A stretch of 64,000 nt of DNA from a virus (IMGVR_UViG_3300038345_000094:1-64000), one strand, 5' to 3'. Positions 1 to 10,131 are shown, numbered from the stretch's first letter. The notes: a model not told the origin generated them from the sequence alone. Program-made: numbers and translations.

Positions 1-337
1 CATCAGCGAGCTTGAAGAGACGATCCTCGTCGGAGTTGCTAACGAACTGACGGAAGGTAACCTTCAGCACATAGTGATAACCAGCAGGAACCTTGCCGTC
101 ATCAAGGATAGCAGAATTGATGCCAACAGTGACCTTCTTACGAAGCGGAACGAGCTTGTTAACGGCGGAAGTAATATTGATATACTCGACATTCTTCTTC
201 TCGATAATATCGGAAGACGCAGCAGCATAGGTGGCACCCACGTCGACCTTGGCGAACTCGCCGCCATCCTTGAAGATACCGCTAGCGGTGTTGCTCACAT
301 AAAAATGACGAGCCTGATCAGTGTTAAAAACAGACAT
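1..337 (-). CDS. Virion structural protein of the crAss capsid block (auxiliary capsid-like), partial, runs off left edge
   Basis: Not in ORF track; own translation from ATG 337: MSVFNTDQARHFYVSNTASGIFKDGGEFAKVDVG...; open to window edge; follows conserved capsid-block genes. Confidence 0.65.
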   Translation of the reverse strand, partial: MSVFNTDQARHFYVSNTASGIFKDGGEFAKVDVGATYAAASSDIIEKKNVEYINITSAVNKLVPLRKKVTVGINSAILDDGKVPAGYHYVLKVTFRQFVSNSDEDRLFKLAD

Positions 338-342
338 ATCTA

Positions 343-1056
343 TTAATTAGTTTGTTGTTTGGCGGCTGAATCCCAAGCAGCTTTTGCTCTCAATACAGCC
401 AGTTCAAGTATTCTCCGATGCTCAGAGGCGGGGAACTCACAAGGCATTTCATCGGTTACGCCGTTTACAGATAAGTTCCAATCGTTATCATCATCAAATA
501 AAACAATCGGATTACACGGCCTTACATAAACGATCGTGTAAGAATCAAGAACGCCTTTATAAATAAGGACTCTGCGATATTTGCTTTCGTCTTGAGTATC
601 TTGAAATTCGTCAGCCCTTAATACGATATTCTTGTTAAACCGAAATGGATTTAAAAGAATATGGTTTATATCGTCCTGTTTGACAGGATATACATTGCAG
701 GGATGAGAACCGCAATTCTCGTCATGACACATCGCAGACTCCCTAAGTATTGCAAGAACTTTATCTTTCGGCTCAGAAGCAAAAGACACACTGTTGATGC
801 CTCTCTTTTCGAAGCCATAGCCATTGCTTATTGGCTGCATATTATTGTATTCTTTGCGAACAATAAATGGATTTAAGATGGCGAGAACTCTGTTGTTATC
901 ATCGCCGCCAATCTTATCGATAAGTTCTTGTTGATATTGTTCCTCTCCTTCTGTAAGGAAAACACTCTTTTCGTATGAATTCAAGCTCGGTGCTTGATTC
1001 GATGTGATATTATTGTAAAGGATATCAAACTCCCTGCTGAATTCTAAATTTGTCAT
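343..1056 (-). CDS. Conserved crAss-like structural (neck/ring) protein
   Basis: N-terminus MTNLEFSREFDILYNNITSNQAP..EKSVFLT typical of Crassvirales genes downstream of MCP; synteny. Confidence 0.65.
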   Translation of the reverse strand: MTNLEFSREFDILYNNITSNQAPSLNSYEKSVFLTEGEEQYQQELIDKIGGDDNNRVLAILNPFIVRKEYNNMQPISNGYGFEKRGINSVSFASEPKDKVLAILRESAMCHDENCGSHPCNVYPVKQDDINHILLNPFRFNKNIVLRADEFQDTQDESKYRRVLIYKGVLDSYTIVYVRPCNPIVLFDDDNDWNLSVNGVTDEMPCEFPASEHRRILELAVLRAKAAWDSAAKQQTN

Positions 1057-1058
1057 AA

Positions 1059-2072
1059 TTAAGCTTTATTGATCATATTGATCTTCGCTTCAATAGCAAA
1101 CCTTAATTCCTGATTCTTCGGCAGTGCGAGATACCTTGCGGAATTCTCGAACGTCGAATCTTCGTTAGCGTTACAAAGGGGTTCGTTATTGTCACGAAGG
1201 AAATAATAAGTACTCCTACGATAAACAATACCTGCATCTACAGCCTTCTTTAATAAGATCTTTGTCTCTAAATACTCATCCTTGGCGGCATCGAGGAAAC
1301 GCTGCGGATCTGTAGAAATAATATCATAGACTTGCTCCTGCAGATATTCAAGTTTCTGCTTTGCGGAAATGCTCTTACCAGTAAGCTCTTCAACAATGAT
1401 TCGAAGCTTATCCCAGTCGTCCTTGATTGCACCATACTGAACGTAACACTCATATGTGCGGTTAGCTTTCTTGGATGCAGTCTTAGAAGCAGAACCCTCT
1501 TCGACGATGTAATATTCATACGTCTCCTTTGGCTCACGCTCGTAATCTTCAAGTGACGGAGCGATATAATCCTTATTTGCAAGGAGAATCTTATAATTGA
1601 TATACTCCTCAGGAACACTTAAGTCAAGATAGTTATCTTGCTTCCGCAGACGAACCATACGATTCGACCAATAATTGTCAGTCTTCCGATAGATACTAAG
1701 ACCATTAGCGGGAAGACCTAAGATGTATTCGAGATAGTTCTTCTCATTGGTTGTCAGGACATTTGCAAGTCCACCATTCTTAAGAATAGGAACAGTAAAG
1801 AACCTGACAGCATCTTCAGCCATACCGTTGCTATATACGTGCCTCGGATCTGTAACGAGACCGTGATTCTTCGGTATACGTCTGACTATAACCCTAACTT
1901 TTCTCAGGCAATTAATAAGAGGCTTGCCATCAATGCCTTTTTCGGGGACAGAAGGAACAACCTGCTCCTCTTCCTCGTTAACTTCTTCTGGCTTGACTGT
2001 CTCAAGAGGAACAAGTTCGTCTTTTAAAGCTGATTCATCAAGCACAATTCCAGTAGTAGCTTTTTTAGCCAT
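1059..2072 (-). CDS. Conserved crAss capsid-block protein immediately downstream of MCP
   Basis: 337-aa ORF; synteny with MCP. Confidence 0.6.
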   Translation of the reverse strand: MAKKATTGIVLDESALKDELVPLETVKPEEVNEEEEQVVPSVPEKGIDGKPLINCLRKVRVIVRRIPKNHGLVTDPRHVYSNGMAEDAVRFFTVPILKNGGLANVLTTNEKNYLEYILGLPANGLSIYRKTDNYWSNRMVRLRKQDNYLDLSVPEEYINYKILLANKDYIAPSLEDYEREPKETYEYYIVEEGSASKTASKKANRTYECYVQYGAIKDDWDKLRIIVEELTGKSISAKQKLEYLQEQVYDIISTDPQRFLDAAKDEYLETKILLKKAVDAGIVYRRSTYYFLRDNNEPLCNANEDSTFENSARYLALPKNQELRFAIEAKINMINKA

Positions 2073-2091
2073 TATTCTCCCTAATAATTTT

Positions 2092-2120
2092 TAAAAATAA
2101 GGGGAGGAGTTACCCTCCCC
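2092..2120 (-). terminator. Rho-independent terminator after MCP
   Basis: GGGGAGG-6nt-CCTCCCC hairpin (2101-2120) followed by T-rich run on minus strand. Confidence 0.75.
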
Positions 2121-2141
2121 TTGTCTAGCTTATGTCGATAT

Positions 2142-3662
2142 TTACGAAGCTAACACCGCAGGGATGATAGACATCGTGCGCTGTGCATCGAGAACACAAA
2201 CGCCAAAGATAGCCATACGATGGAAGACAGCAGCATCCTCATCGAAGCTCATCTGATCGTTACCGAGCTGGCCAGTGAACGGGTTCCGCAGACCCCATTG
2301 ATAGCCACGGAAGTCGCTCTGGTTGCGAACACCACACTTGAAGATGTTCGGCTGCTCAGTGGTACCGATATAGAGGATATCGAAGCGGCTGGAATAAGCA
2401 GGACCGCCATTCCACTGAATCTTGTGACGCACAGGATCGTCATAGAAAGGAACAACATTGATCTTCACATGGACACCCATAGGAGCAATCCACTCAGTGA
2501 TCTGATAGTCGTTCACGCTGATAGCGTTACCCGGAGCGAAGTCTGCATTAACCTTCTGATAGTAAGCAGGGTTAGCGGAAGACACGAGAGGCATCCAGCC
2601 AGAAGTGGTTTCCTTAGCAGCCTTGTTGAATAACAGGGCGCCACGCTCACCAGTATTGATGACGAAAGTACGATCGCCATAGTCGAGCTTACCAGCAGAA
2701 ATCTCATACAGAGCCTTCAGGATGAGATCCATAACCTGATGCGCATCGTTGTAGTACATCTGGTTACCATAGGACATCTGCTCCATCAGACCAGCACCAG
2801 TCTTGATAGCATTACCGGACTTACCGATATTCAGATACTCGCCATCAACAGTGCGGTTGGAACGGCCCCAAAGCATAGCGTTGTTACGCTTCTCATCGAA
2901 CTGACGCTCGAGCTCGAACTCGACATTGTGCATCCACATATCTGTCACGGTGTGGGTGAGCTTACCATTGGCATTCTCAGAGATAATCGGAATACCGCAA
3001 GCGAGCTTCTTGTTCAGCATGGAACCCGGCACCTTGTGCTGCATACGAATTGTGGAGAACTCGTTACGCATCGTAACAGGAGCGGAGAAGACGATATCAG
3101 AAACCTTACGGCTGAGTTCCTTCTCGACGAACGGAGCCTCATTGCTGAAGCGCTCGCCCGGGAGCAGACGTGTTGCGGGAACACCAGCGGTGTTACCACC
3201 AGCAAGCTCAACACGGAAGACGTAGTTGGAACCCTCAACGCGAGGATCGCCAAGAATACGGAACTGATAGACCTCATTCAGCTCACCAACGATGTAGTCA
3301 CCATCGAAGAACAGCTGCTCAGGGAATACAAGATAGAAGGGCTCAACACGAGCGCCAATCATGCCCTCGTCACCATCAATAACTGTGCCGTCAAGAGTAC
3401 GAGCCTCAACAAGCGGGACATTCTTACGATTGCCACCGATGACCTGCCAAGTGTATTCGGTGTCATCATCGAACATCTTGGTCGGGAACTGAGACAGATA
3501 AGTGTTTAATGTCTTACCATAGCGATAAGCTAAGAGCTGAACCATAAGATCGCTGGCCTTCTGCGGAGCGAGCTTATAAATAGACCCAAGGTGGTTTTCT
3601 TTTGTCAGTCCACCCCAGCTCTCAAAAGAGGTCATTTGAAATTTGCCTAATTTGCCTGCCAT
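2142..3662 (-). CDS. Major capsid protein (crAss-like)
   Basis: MAGKLGKFQM..GLT..NHLG..APQKA..LMVQLLA; YQWGLRNPFTGQ..MSFDED; closely matches the phiCrAss001-type MCP as recalled. Confidence 0.95.
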   Translation of the reverse strand: MAGKLGKFQMTSFESWGGLTKENHLGSIYKLAPQKASDLMVQLLAYRYGKTLNTYLSQFPTKMFDDDTEYTWQVIGGNRKNVPLVEARTLDGTVIDGDEGMIGARVEPFYLVFPEQLFFDGDYIVGELNEVYQFRILGDPRVEGSNYVFRVELAGGNTAGVPATRLLPGERFSNEAPFVEKELSRKVSDIVFSAPVTMRNEFSTIRMQHKVPGSMLNKKLACGIPIISENANGKLTHTVTDMWMHNVEFELERQFDEKRNNAMLWGRSNRTVDGEYLNIGKSGNAIKTGAGLMEQMSYGNQMYYNDAHQVMDLILKALYEISAGKLDYGDRTFVINTGERGALLFNKAAKETTSGWMPLVSSANPAYYQKVNADFAPGNAISVNDYQITEWIAPMGVHVKINVVPFYDDPVRHKIQWNGGPAYSSRFDILYIGTTEQPNIFKCGVRNQSDFRGYQWGLRNPFTGQLGNDQMSFDEDAAVFHRMAIFGVCVLDAQRTMSIIPAVLAS

Positions 3663-3684
3663 AATTTTAAATTATAACTAAATG

Positions 3685-4806
3685 TTAAATGTCTAATCTT
3701 ATGCCAGTCCCAATATAACTATTATTATCAGAAACGCCGGAGATGTAGTTAAAGCTACCATCAGAATGGCGTGTAGTTGAATTAATCCGATGCTCTAACT
3801 CCTTGACTGAACTCTTTACTTCTTTATTGACCTTCTCTTTAACGAGCTTGTCAACATTTTTGAAACCATCAGTCAATGTATAAAGAACACCAAGATTCTT
3901 TACGAATTCAAGCCTGTTTTCTTTTTGATACTTTTCTAACGCCGTAAGCATTCTTCCCGTCTCCTTGTCTTTATAGACTGGCTTGGAGATATTTTCAATA
4001 ACCTTCATTCGCATATTCTTATCGATATTTACACCGCCAAGAATATCATCGTCAAGAATAGAAGTTTTTAAAGAATTGATATCTTTTTCCATTTGGCTCT
4101 TTTGATCTTCTACTTGCTTCTTGTTCTTTGCGATAAGCGAAGAGTAATTATTGCTGAAGAATTTCTTGTTGGCCTCCAGCGCATCCTTTGCTTCTTCGAT
4201 ATCCGTACCAGCGTCGAAAATACTCTTAACCTTTCGCGCTATCTGTTGTTCCGTATAACCCTTATTCTGCAGATCTTGAGCAATAAGATTTCGTCTCAGT
4301 TGCTCTCCGTTCTGACTTTCATCATTAAGAGCTGAATCCGTAATGTTATTCAGATAGCTGATAAGATTTTCGTATTCTTTAATCTCGTTCTTCGGTACGT
4401 TGTAATTCAAAGCTTCATTAATGCGTTTTTGCGTTTCATCAAGTTTGGATTCAACGGCTTTTCGTATTGCCTCCGAGAAGGCTTCTGGGGACTGAACATT
4501 ATCAACATCTTCAGTTGTTAGGCCGTCGAGGACACCATCTTCTACGAGAGCGTTAAGCGTGGAATGATAGAAGTTCGGTTTATCGGGAGAAGGCTTCGTC
4601 CCATCATCAGATGGTGCCTCCTCTTGGCCTGTTTTCTCACCTACGCTCTCTGAATTGGAGAAAATGGTTTCACCATCTATCCGCTCCTCGGTGATATCTT
4701 TATTATCCTCAGGATCTGTCTGAGGTTCTTTTTCTTCTTCAGCTGAATCCACGAAGAGGTTTTCAAGCTCATCTGAACTCAGTATCTGTGCAAAATCTAA
4801 TTCCAT
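3685..4806 (-). CDS. Putative capsid scaffolding protein
   Basis: Acidic N-terminus, coiled-coil, directly upstream of MCP. Confidence 0.65.
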   Translation of the reverse strand: MELDFAQILSSDELENLFVDSAEEEKEPQTDPEDNKDITEERIDGETIFSNSESVGEKTGQEEAPSDDGTKPSPDKPNFYHSTLNALVEDGVLDGLTTEDVDNVQSPEAFSEAIRKAVESKLDETQKRINEALNYNVPKNEIKEYENLISYLNNITDSALNDESQNGEQLRRNLIAQDLQNKGYTEQQIARKVKSIFDAGTDIEEAKDALEANKKFFSNNYSSLIAKNKKQVEDQKSQMEKDINSLKTSILDDDILGGVNIDKNMRMKVIENISKPVYKDKETGRMLTALEKYQKENRLEFVKNLGVLYTLTDGFKNVDKLVKEKVNKEVKSSVKELEHRINSTTRHSDGSFNYISGVSDNNSYIGTGIRLDI

Positions 4807-4859
4807 ATTTTATTTCTCCCTTGATTTTAAATATTTTTCGATTTTATGTTTTGCTTTTG

Positions 4860-4885
4860 GGGAGAAAGGCGAAATCCTTTCTCCC
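4860..4885 (-). terminator. Hairpin (possible terminator) downstream of the 1197-aa fibre gene
   Basis: GGGAGAAAGG-cgaaat-CCTTTCTCCC perfect 10-bp stem. Confidence 0.55.
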
Positions 4886-4932
4886 TCATTATCAATTAGT
4901 TAACTATTTTATTTTACTTCAAAAACGTCCCG

Positions 4933-4958
4933 TAACTCAATCAGTTTGGGCCGAAAGT
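4933..4958 (+). repeat. Putative recombination site A (TAACTCAATCAGTTTGGGCCGAAAGT)
   Basis: 13/16 identity then CCGAAA shared with 33795-33821; inverted relative to 7897-7921. Confidence 0.5.
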
Positions 4959-4961
4959 GGG

Positions 4962-7900
4962 TTACTTAAAGCGGAACTTTGCGACCTCGTTGTTGAATCT
5001 CACATATGCGGTCTTGTTACCGGTTGTTCCGTTGTTGTTGTAGGCAACATATTGGAAATCCCTGCCGAGGTATTTCATCAGCACATCCCCGTTTGGCAAT
5101 TGGTACACCGACATATCACGGCCACATTTTGCGAGGTTGCGTTGTTCGCTTGAATCGTCCGTATAAAACACATCATAAGCCCCATAGGTATCGTCCACCC
5201 ACACTTCTTCAAAGTGGAATCCGTCATAGGTTGAATAAACGCGGGAAAGAACATCCTTGTATGTGTTCGGCCTGTTGGAAGGGTTGCCGGGGTCTCCGGG
5301 GTCAAGGTCGCAGGAGTATTCACGGATGGCACAAATAAGCAAGGGCGAGTTCTCGTCCCTGCGGAACATATTACCGCCGCACCACTTCGTGAACACATCT
5401 TCTATCCCAAGATGGAGGGCAAAGTCCACCTTCAACGCATCTTTCTTCTTGCCACGATTGACACGGAATATGCCGTTGTTCGCACCATCGGAGAAAAGCA
5501 CGATACAATCTTTCAAGGCATATCCGTTCACGAATTGGAGATTTGAGCCGAGCGAGGTGTCAAGGCCAACATCGGAAGACTTCCACACGATGGTGTCTGC
5601 GAGGTTGTCATCAATCGTTTCTCCGTTGTAGTCCCACCACCAAAGTTTCGGATTGTGATAGGCAAGTTCGGGAGTTGTAGAAGGCGAACCGTCCCCGTTG
5701 ATGATGATAACACGGTCAAAATACGGGTCAACACAAACCCCGTGAATATGTGCGTGAGGGACATCCGGGGCTTTGTCCCGAAGGTCAAAAATCTTGCCGA
5801 AGGTCTGCCCGTAGTCTCTGGAATACCAGACGCATCCGCATTGTCCGTGTTGCCCATATTCGCCCACGCACACAACCGAGCCTCTCGTCTGAAATCCCCA
5901 AGACCACGGGGCAGCCGGGACATATTGAGAAATCTGCGAACAGGCGAACTTCTTGACGAATGTGGTCTTGTTGTTCTCCGTGATGTAGATGAAACAACGG
6001 ATATAAGATGTTCCGTCCACGGTTTCTGCCTCATAGGTAGCGAGGCAGAGTTCCCCGTTATCCATTTCGATAACCTGGGCACCAGCCGAATTGGACTTAA
6101 AAACGGTGAAGGTCTCGAAGTCCTTCGTCTTGTAGATGTTCACATCCGTCCCCTGCGAATTGTTCGCACATTTCCTTTGTGCGACATAGGCATACCCCTC
6201 GGAATCAACACCGATAAGCATACGGAAGTATGTCCCGTACAACTTTGTCGGGTCTCCAATGCCGGGGTAAAGGTTGTATTTTGCAGACGGGATAAGCCGG
6301 GATGTCCTTCTGCCATCCTGCCTGTTCATATACTCCCCGATGCAGGTGTTATAGTTGGAACCGGAGCCAGAAATGACAAGCGGGGTCGGTGTCTTGACTT
6401 TACTTTGAAGGGTTGTGAGGCCGATGTTGAAAGTCTGCGGAGGGTCTGCCAAGATGATGGCCGCATCCTTGCTCAAATAATCGTCCTTCGGGACACGGAT
6501 GGTCTTGTTTGCAAAAACGATTCTTCCAAGTGCGACATCGTTCCCGTAGTAACCTACGGAAAGGAATCCATCGTGTTGCGGTGTATAGTCCGTATCAAGG
6601 TCGAATGTTTCTGGGGTCTCGCCCGTTGTAAGAATCGCAACCACTCCCACATTATCTGCGGGCCGTTCCCTCGAAAAGCCGAGAATCAGTCTATCGGCAT
6701 TTTGGAATATCTCGCCCGTTGAATAGATATGGTATGTGTTCCCGGCCTTGACAGGAATATACACAAGTCTTGAATAATCACTATAAGACAAGACAATCTT
6801 CATACTTCCATCCGCTTCCACACCCGCAAGTTGCACGTTCGTCCTGTCGGTAATGATTTCTTCCGTGGCATTGATGTCAATGTCATAGAGTTTGTCATCA
6901 ACCTTGCCGATTGAATCTTCAAGTGCGTATTCCTTTGTGGTGGCCCTTTCCTTTTCAATCTCTATCCTGTTCTCGCTTTCCGCGATGAAAATACGATGTC
7001 TCGGATAGAACGGTTCGGACGCACTGTATGCCGAATAAACGCAGATGTACCCGTTTTCTTCCGGGGTGTAATAGACATCATAATCGGAAGATGCGGTTGT
7101 CTCCGGGTCATATACACTTTCGTATGCCCCGTTATTTGCGGGCGTTGCCGTACTGAATCCGATATAAGACCACGAAGTCGCTGATATTGTCTGTGCCTTT
7201 GCGATAATGCGGTATGTCTTCCCTGCGACAACGGGGAAATAATAGATGTCCTTCCCGGAAGTAGTGGCCTCGAACTGATGGCTTGTATTCCGCATAATCA
7301 TTCCCTCTACCTTTGTGACGGCGGTGATTTCGGTGAGGACTTCTTCGTTCAGTTCTTCGCCCTGTTCTTCTTCAAGTTCATCAATCCGTTCGTCCAATGC
7401 GGAAACATCGTCCGTGAGTTGTTCGACATCCCCTTCAACATCTTCGACACGGCCATCAAGGGCACCAATCTCGTCCTCAATATCATCCGTTTTGAGCGTC
7501 TTGGTGACACCAATCTCAAAGAACTTGATGCGGCCAAGATATGCGGACGAGCCATTGATTCCAACACCGACATATCCGTTTGTTGCGGGAGTGTAGGTCT
7601 CGTCAATCGTTGCGGGTGTGGATGTGTAGTTCTTGATGCTTGTGGCCACCCCATTATTTGCGGGAGCCTGCTCGGAGAACATCACACTCATCCAAGCCGT
7701 ATTGATTGGCACATCGGAGGTTTCTCCGTTGATTAGGGTCTTAATCTTGTACTGCTTTCCTGCCTCTACGGGTATGTACTTAATCCAAATCGTTGCGGAA
7801 GTGGATGATTCGTATTTCTCCGTAGAAATTCTTGCAAGGCCGTTGAAGTTGCTGCTCCCACTTGTGATGTCGGTTTCGGTCGGTGTGGAGTTATATAGTT

Positions 7901-8555
7901 TGGCCTCCAATTGACTAACTTCCGCATCTGTGGCATATCCGCTAAGGTCCATTTGGGTCGTTCCGACCTGAACCCAAGAGTAATTTGTGCCATTATAAGA
8001 AGAAATATAACGGTCGTATTCGTCATTTGCATCTGGGCCAACAAGGTAAATCTTACCCATTGTGTCGTCAGATGCATTAGGAAGTTCAGTAACCGGAACA
8101 ACTTCACCAGCGCTAAGAGATTCAAACTCTTGCTGAGAAGCGGCACCTATGTTTGCGAGGGCTTGTGTTTTCTGTGCTTCTGTCAGAGATTGTGCTGTGT
8201 ACAGAAGAGAAGCAGGATCACCCTTCGTGGAAGCCTCGTTGATTGCACTAACTAAATCAGTCTTGGCTGTTGTAGTGAGATCACTAAGATCGCCAACATT
8301 ATCTACTACTTCGTTAATCGCATCAACTGTGCTATCCTTATCAGTCGTTTTGAGATCGGTGATGTCGCCAAGCTCCTCGGAGAGACGCTCTACTTCTGCG
8401 CCGCCTCCTTCATAAGCGTCAACCCACTTACCCTTGCTGAATATCTGAACGACTACAGGAGATGTTAAATCATCTTTAATAGAGTGGTGAGCCCAAAGGA
8501 CATCTTTCCTCTTAGGAGGCTCTTCACCCTTATAAACGTCTGTATATTTTCGCAT
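4962..8555 (-). CDS. Fibre/receptor-binding protein: N-terminal docking and stalk, three CBM-like repeats, C-terminal Asp-box (BNR) beta-propeller
   Basis: Repeats YIPVEAGKQYKI / YFPVVAGKTYRI / YIPVKAGNTYHI; Asp-box-like WYSRDYGQTF, YKTKDFETF, YSTYDGFHF; fibre motif YTAQSLTEAQKTQALANIG. Confidence 0.75.
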   Translation of the reverse strand: MRKYTDVYKGEEPPKRKDVLWAHHSIKDDLTSPVVVQIFSKGKWVDAYEGGGAEVERLSEELGDITDLKTTDKDSTVDAINEVVDNVGDLSDLTTTAKTDLVSAINEASTKGDPASLLYTAQSLTEAQKTQALANIGAASQQEFESLSAGEVVPVTELPNASDDTMGKIYLVGPDANDEYDRYISSYNGTNYSWVQVGTTQMDLSGYATDAEVSQLEAKLYNSTPTETDITSGSSNFNGLARISTEKYESSTSATIWIKYIPVEAGKQYKIKTLINGETSDVPINTAWMSVMFSEQAPANNGVATSIKNYTSTPATIDETYTPATNGYVGVGINGSSAYLGRIKFFEIGVTKTLKTDDIEDEIGALDGRVEDVEGDVEQLTDDVSALDERIDELEEEQGEELNEEVLTEITAVTKVEGMIMRNTSHQFEATTSGKDIYYFPVVAGKTYRIIAKAQTISATSWSYIGFSTATPANNGAYESVYDPETTASSDYDVYYTPEENGYICVYSAYSASEPFYPRHRIFIAESENRIEIEKERATTKEYALEDSIGKVDDKLYDIDINATEEIITDRTNVQLAGVEADGSMKIVLSYSDYSRLVYIPVKAGNTYHIYSTGEIFQNADRLILGFSRERPADNVGVVAILTTGETPETFDLDTDYTPQHDGFLSVGYYGNDVALGRIVFANKTIRVPKDDYLSKDAAIILADPPQTFNIGLTTLQSKVKTPTPLVISGSGSNYNTCIGEYMNRQDGRRTSRLIPSAKYNLYPGIGDPTKLYGTYFRMLIGVDSEGYAYVAQRKCANNSQGTDVNIYKTKDFETFTVFKSNSAGAQVIEMDNGELCLATYEAETVDGTSYIRCFIYITENNKTTFVKKFACSQISQYVPAAPWSWGFQTRGSVVCVGEYGQHGQCGCVWYSRDYGQTFGKIFDLRDKAPDVPHAHIHGVCVDPYFDRVIIINGDGSPSTTPELAYHNPKLWWWDYNGETIDDNLADTIVWKSSDVGLDTSLGSNLQFVNGYALKDCIVLFSDGANNGIFRVNRGKKKDALKVDFALHLGIEDVFTKWCGGNMFRRDENSPLLICAIREYSCDLDPGDPGNPSNRPNTYKDVLSRVYSTYDGFHFEEVWVDDTYGAYDVFYTDDSSEQRNLAKCGRDMSVYQLPNGDVLMKYLGRDFQYVAYNNNGTTGNKTAYVRFNNEVAKFRFK
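7897..7921 (-). repeat. Putative recombination site B, in-frame (codes EVSQLEAKL)
   Basis: Minus strand AAGTTAGTCAATTGGAGGCCAAACT aligns with site C (18/26, one gap); coincides with a composition shift. Confidence 0.5.
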
Positions 8556-8677
8556 AATATTTATTTGTATATGTTAATCTCGGTCTATATTAAACAGTCA
8601 GAGATTGTTAGGTATCCCGCATAAGCAGGTTAACAATATTTTTATATTACTTCTAAATCTGTTTAATTTAAAAGTCC

Positions 8678-8710
8678 TGCAAATATAAGACCATTTTTGA
8701 TTTTTTCAAA
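8678..8710 (-). promoter_or_regulatory. Bacteroidota-type primary sigma promoter (-33 TTTG, -7 TAnnTTTG)
   Basis: Minus strand TTTG...TATATTTGCA upstream of fibre gene. Confidence 0.7.
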
Positions 8711-8745
8711 CAGGTTAATTTATTATATTAATTATATATTAATTA

Positions 8746-9216
8746 TTATATAATCTCTATTGTTACAACATCTCCTCTTTTAAGTGCTGGTAAAATGTGT
8801 TTTTCAAGTAATTCTCTATACCTAACAGTAGAATTAATAATCTTTCCCTTCACCTTATTATCACCAACACCGATACATCCAAGAGAATCAACTGCCGTAT
8901 TTAATGGATGAATACGAATGCCCCCAAATCCGGGAACGTTCATAATCTGTGGAGATTTACCAGCTTCTTTTGAACACCACGAACGACCAGCAAACTTTGG
9001 AGAATATGTCATCTCTATCCTATATTTGCCTTTCGGTATCGCAGTCTCTCCATAAACTTTCTTGCTTAGAATCTCTTGCGGAGACATATTGAATGTCAGT
9101 CCGCGATCTTTATCTTCCATCGTATTGCTAAAAAAGACACCGTTGACATACAATAATCCTATCGTGTAGGTATCTTTCTTGTATTTACGATTTAACAGTA
9201 ATTTCAATTCTGCCAT
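8746..9216 (-). CDS. DUF5675-type putative endolysin (L,D-peptidase-like)
   Basis: YTIG.L..NG.FFSNTMED; GETAIPKGKY; GIRIH..N...DS.GCI.VG. Confidence 0.75.
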   Translation of the reverse strand: MAELKLLLNRKYKKDTYTIGLLYVNGVFFSNTMEDKDRGLTFNMSPQEILSKKVYGETAIPKGKYRIEMTYSPKFAGRSWCSKEAGKSPQIMNVPGFGGIRIHPLNTAVDSLGCIGVGDNKVKGKIINSTVRYRELLEKHILPALKRGDVVTIEII

Positions 9217-9234
9217 AATATCTAGATTTTAATT

Positions 9235-9267
9235 TGCAAATATAGCAAAATATTTCAGAACAAACAA
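9235..9267 (-). promoter_or_regulatory. Bacteroidota-type promoter
   Basis: Minus strand TATATTTGCA with upstream TTG/TTTG. Confidence 0.65.
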
Positions 9268-9303
9268 CCGCTTTACAAAAAAAATAAGGGAGCGTTTGCC
9301 CCC

Positions 9304-9714
9304 TTAATTACAAATAAATAATTTAGCCACATCGAAGAGTCGCTCTCCGATTTCTCCATTCAAATATTGATATTCTTCACCATATGGATCGATATCATAA
9401 TAAGTAGCGATATGGACACCAATATGTCCTTTCTCGTGGTCGAACGTATTTTGATACTCGTTCGGTGAGTCACAAGGGCTTATATAGACAACAGTACTCA
9501 TATTATCGAAGTCTGTATATGTAAACCCGACGTTGCGTCTTGAATCGTCAACGATATTTCGCATTGAAGCTATCTCTTTTTGGCTACAATGCGTTATCTC
9601 CATAAAGTCGATTAACTCCTCAGTAGATGAATTATCGTCACCAAAAAAGACGTTTATGAGCCATTCGTAATCTTCAAGAAATATACGCTGTGCAATCATA
9701 TCATATCCTCCCAC
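9304..9714 (-). CDS. Hypothetical protein with HExxH motif (possible zincin)
   Basis: NTFDHEKGH; acidic 136 aa. Confidence 0.5.
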   Translation of the reverse strand: MGGYDMIAQRIFLEDYEWLINVFFGDDNSSTEELIDFMEITHCSQKEIASMRNIVDDSRRNVGFTYTDFDNMSTVVYISPCDSPNEYQNTFDHEKGHIGVHIATYYDIDPYGEEYQYLNGEIGERLFDVAKLFICN

Positions 9715-10103
9715 ATAATTGGCGTTCCGCTACCTATACAGTCCGCGTAGAAGCGAGTAAAAGGTAGCCCGTCATAGCCGTCTGGATCGTCAATTACATC
9801 TCTTATATATTTTGCTTGTTCGAGCTCACCCTTAATTGAAGAACCCATAAAATCTGCTAATACCATATTCGCAATATATACATAATCGTATCCCTTTGAA
9901 TTTCTTAAAGATATATTATGATTCGCAAGCAAATTATCCACAGCCTCTTTTTCTATCGGGACTATATACCTTTTTGCACCACTTACTGTTTTATACATAT
10001 TCGATGTCGCCCAGTCGCACATCTTTTTTGAAAAGTGCCACCCGTATATGTTTAAGTACTCCTGCATTCCTGATGGGAATGTTTCTTTACTGTCAAGTCG
10101 CAT
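9696..10103 (-). CDS. Conserved Bacteroidota phage hypothetical protein
   Basis: YGWHFSKKMCDWA, YDYVYIANM, DDPDG..G..F.RFYAD motifs. Confidence 0.65.
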   Translation of the reverse strand: MRLDSKETFPSGMQEYLNIYGWHFSKKMCDWATSNMYKTVSGAKRYIVPIEKEAVDNLLANHNISLRNSKGYDYVYIANMVLADFMGSSIKGELEQAKYIRDVIDDPDGYDGLPFTRFYADCIGSGTPIMWEDMI

Positions 10104-10106
10104 AAC

Positions 10107-10131
10107 AAAAAAGGGGCGAGTTTCCCCGCCC
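10107..10131 (-). terminator. Rho-independent terminator
   Basis: GGGGCG...CGCCCC hairpin with T-run on minus strand. Confidence 0.65.

Noticed and set aside
2220-3509. Long plus-strand ORFs opposite MCP, and similar antisense ORFs opposite fibres, portal and nrdD
   Set aside because: Shadow frames of codon-biased genes with no recognisable motifs.
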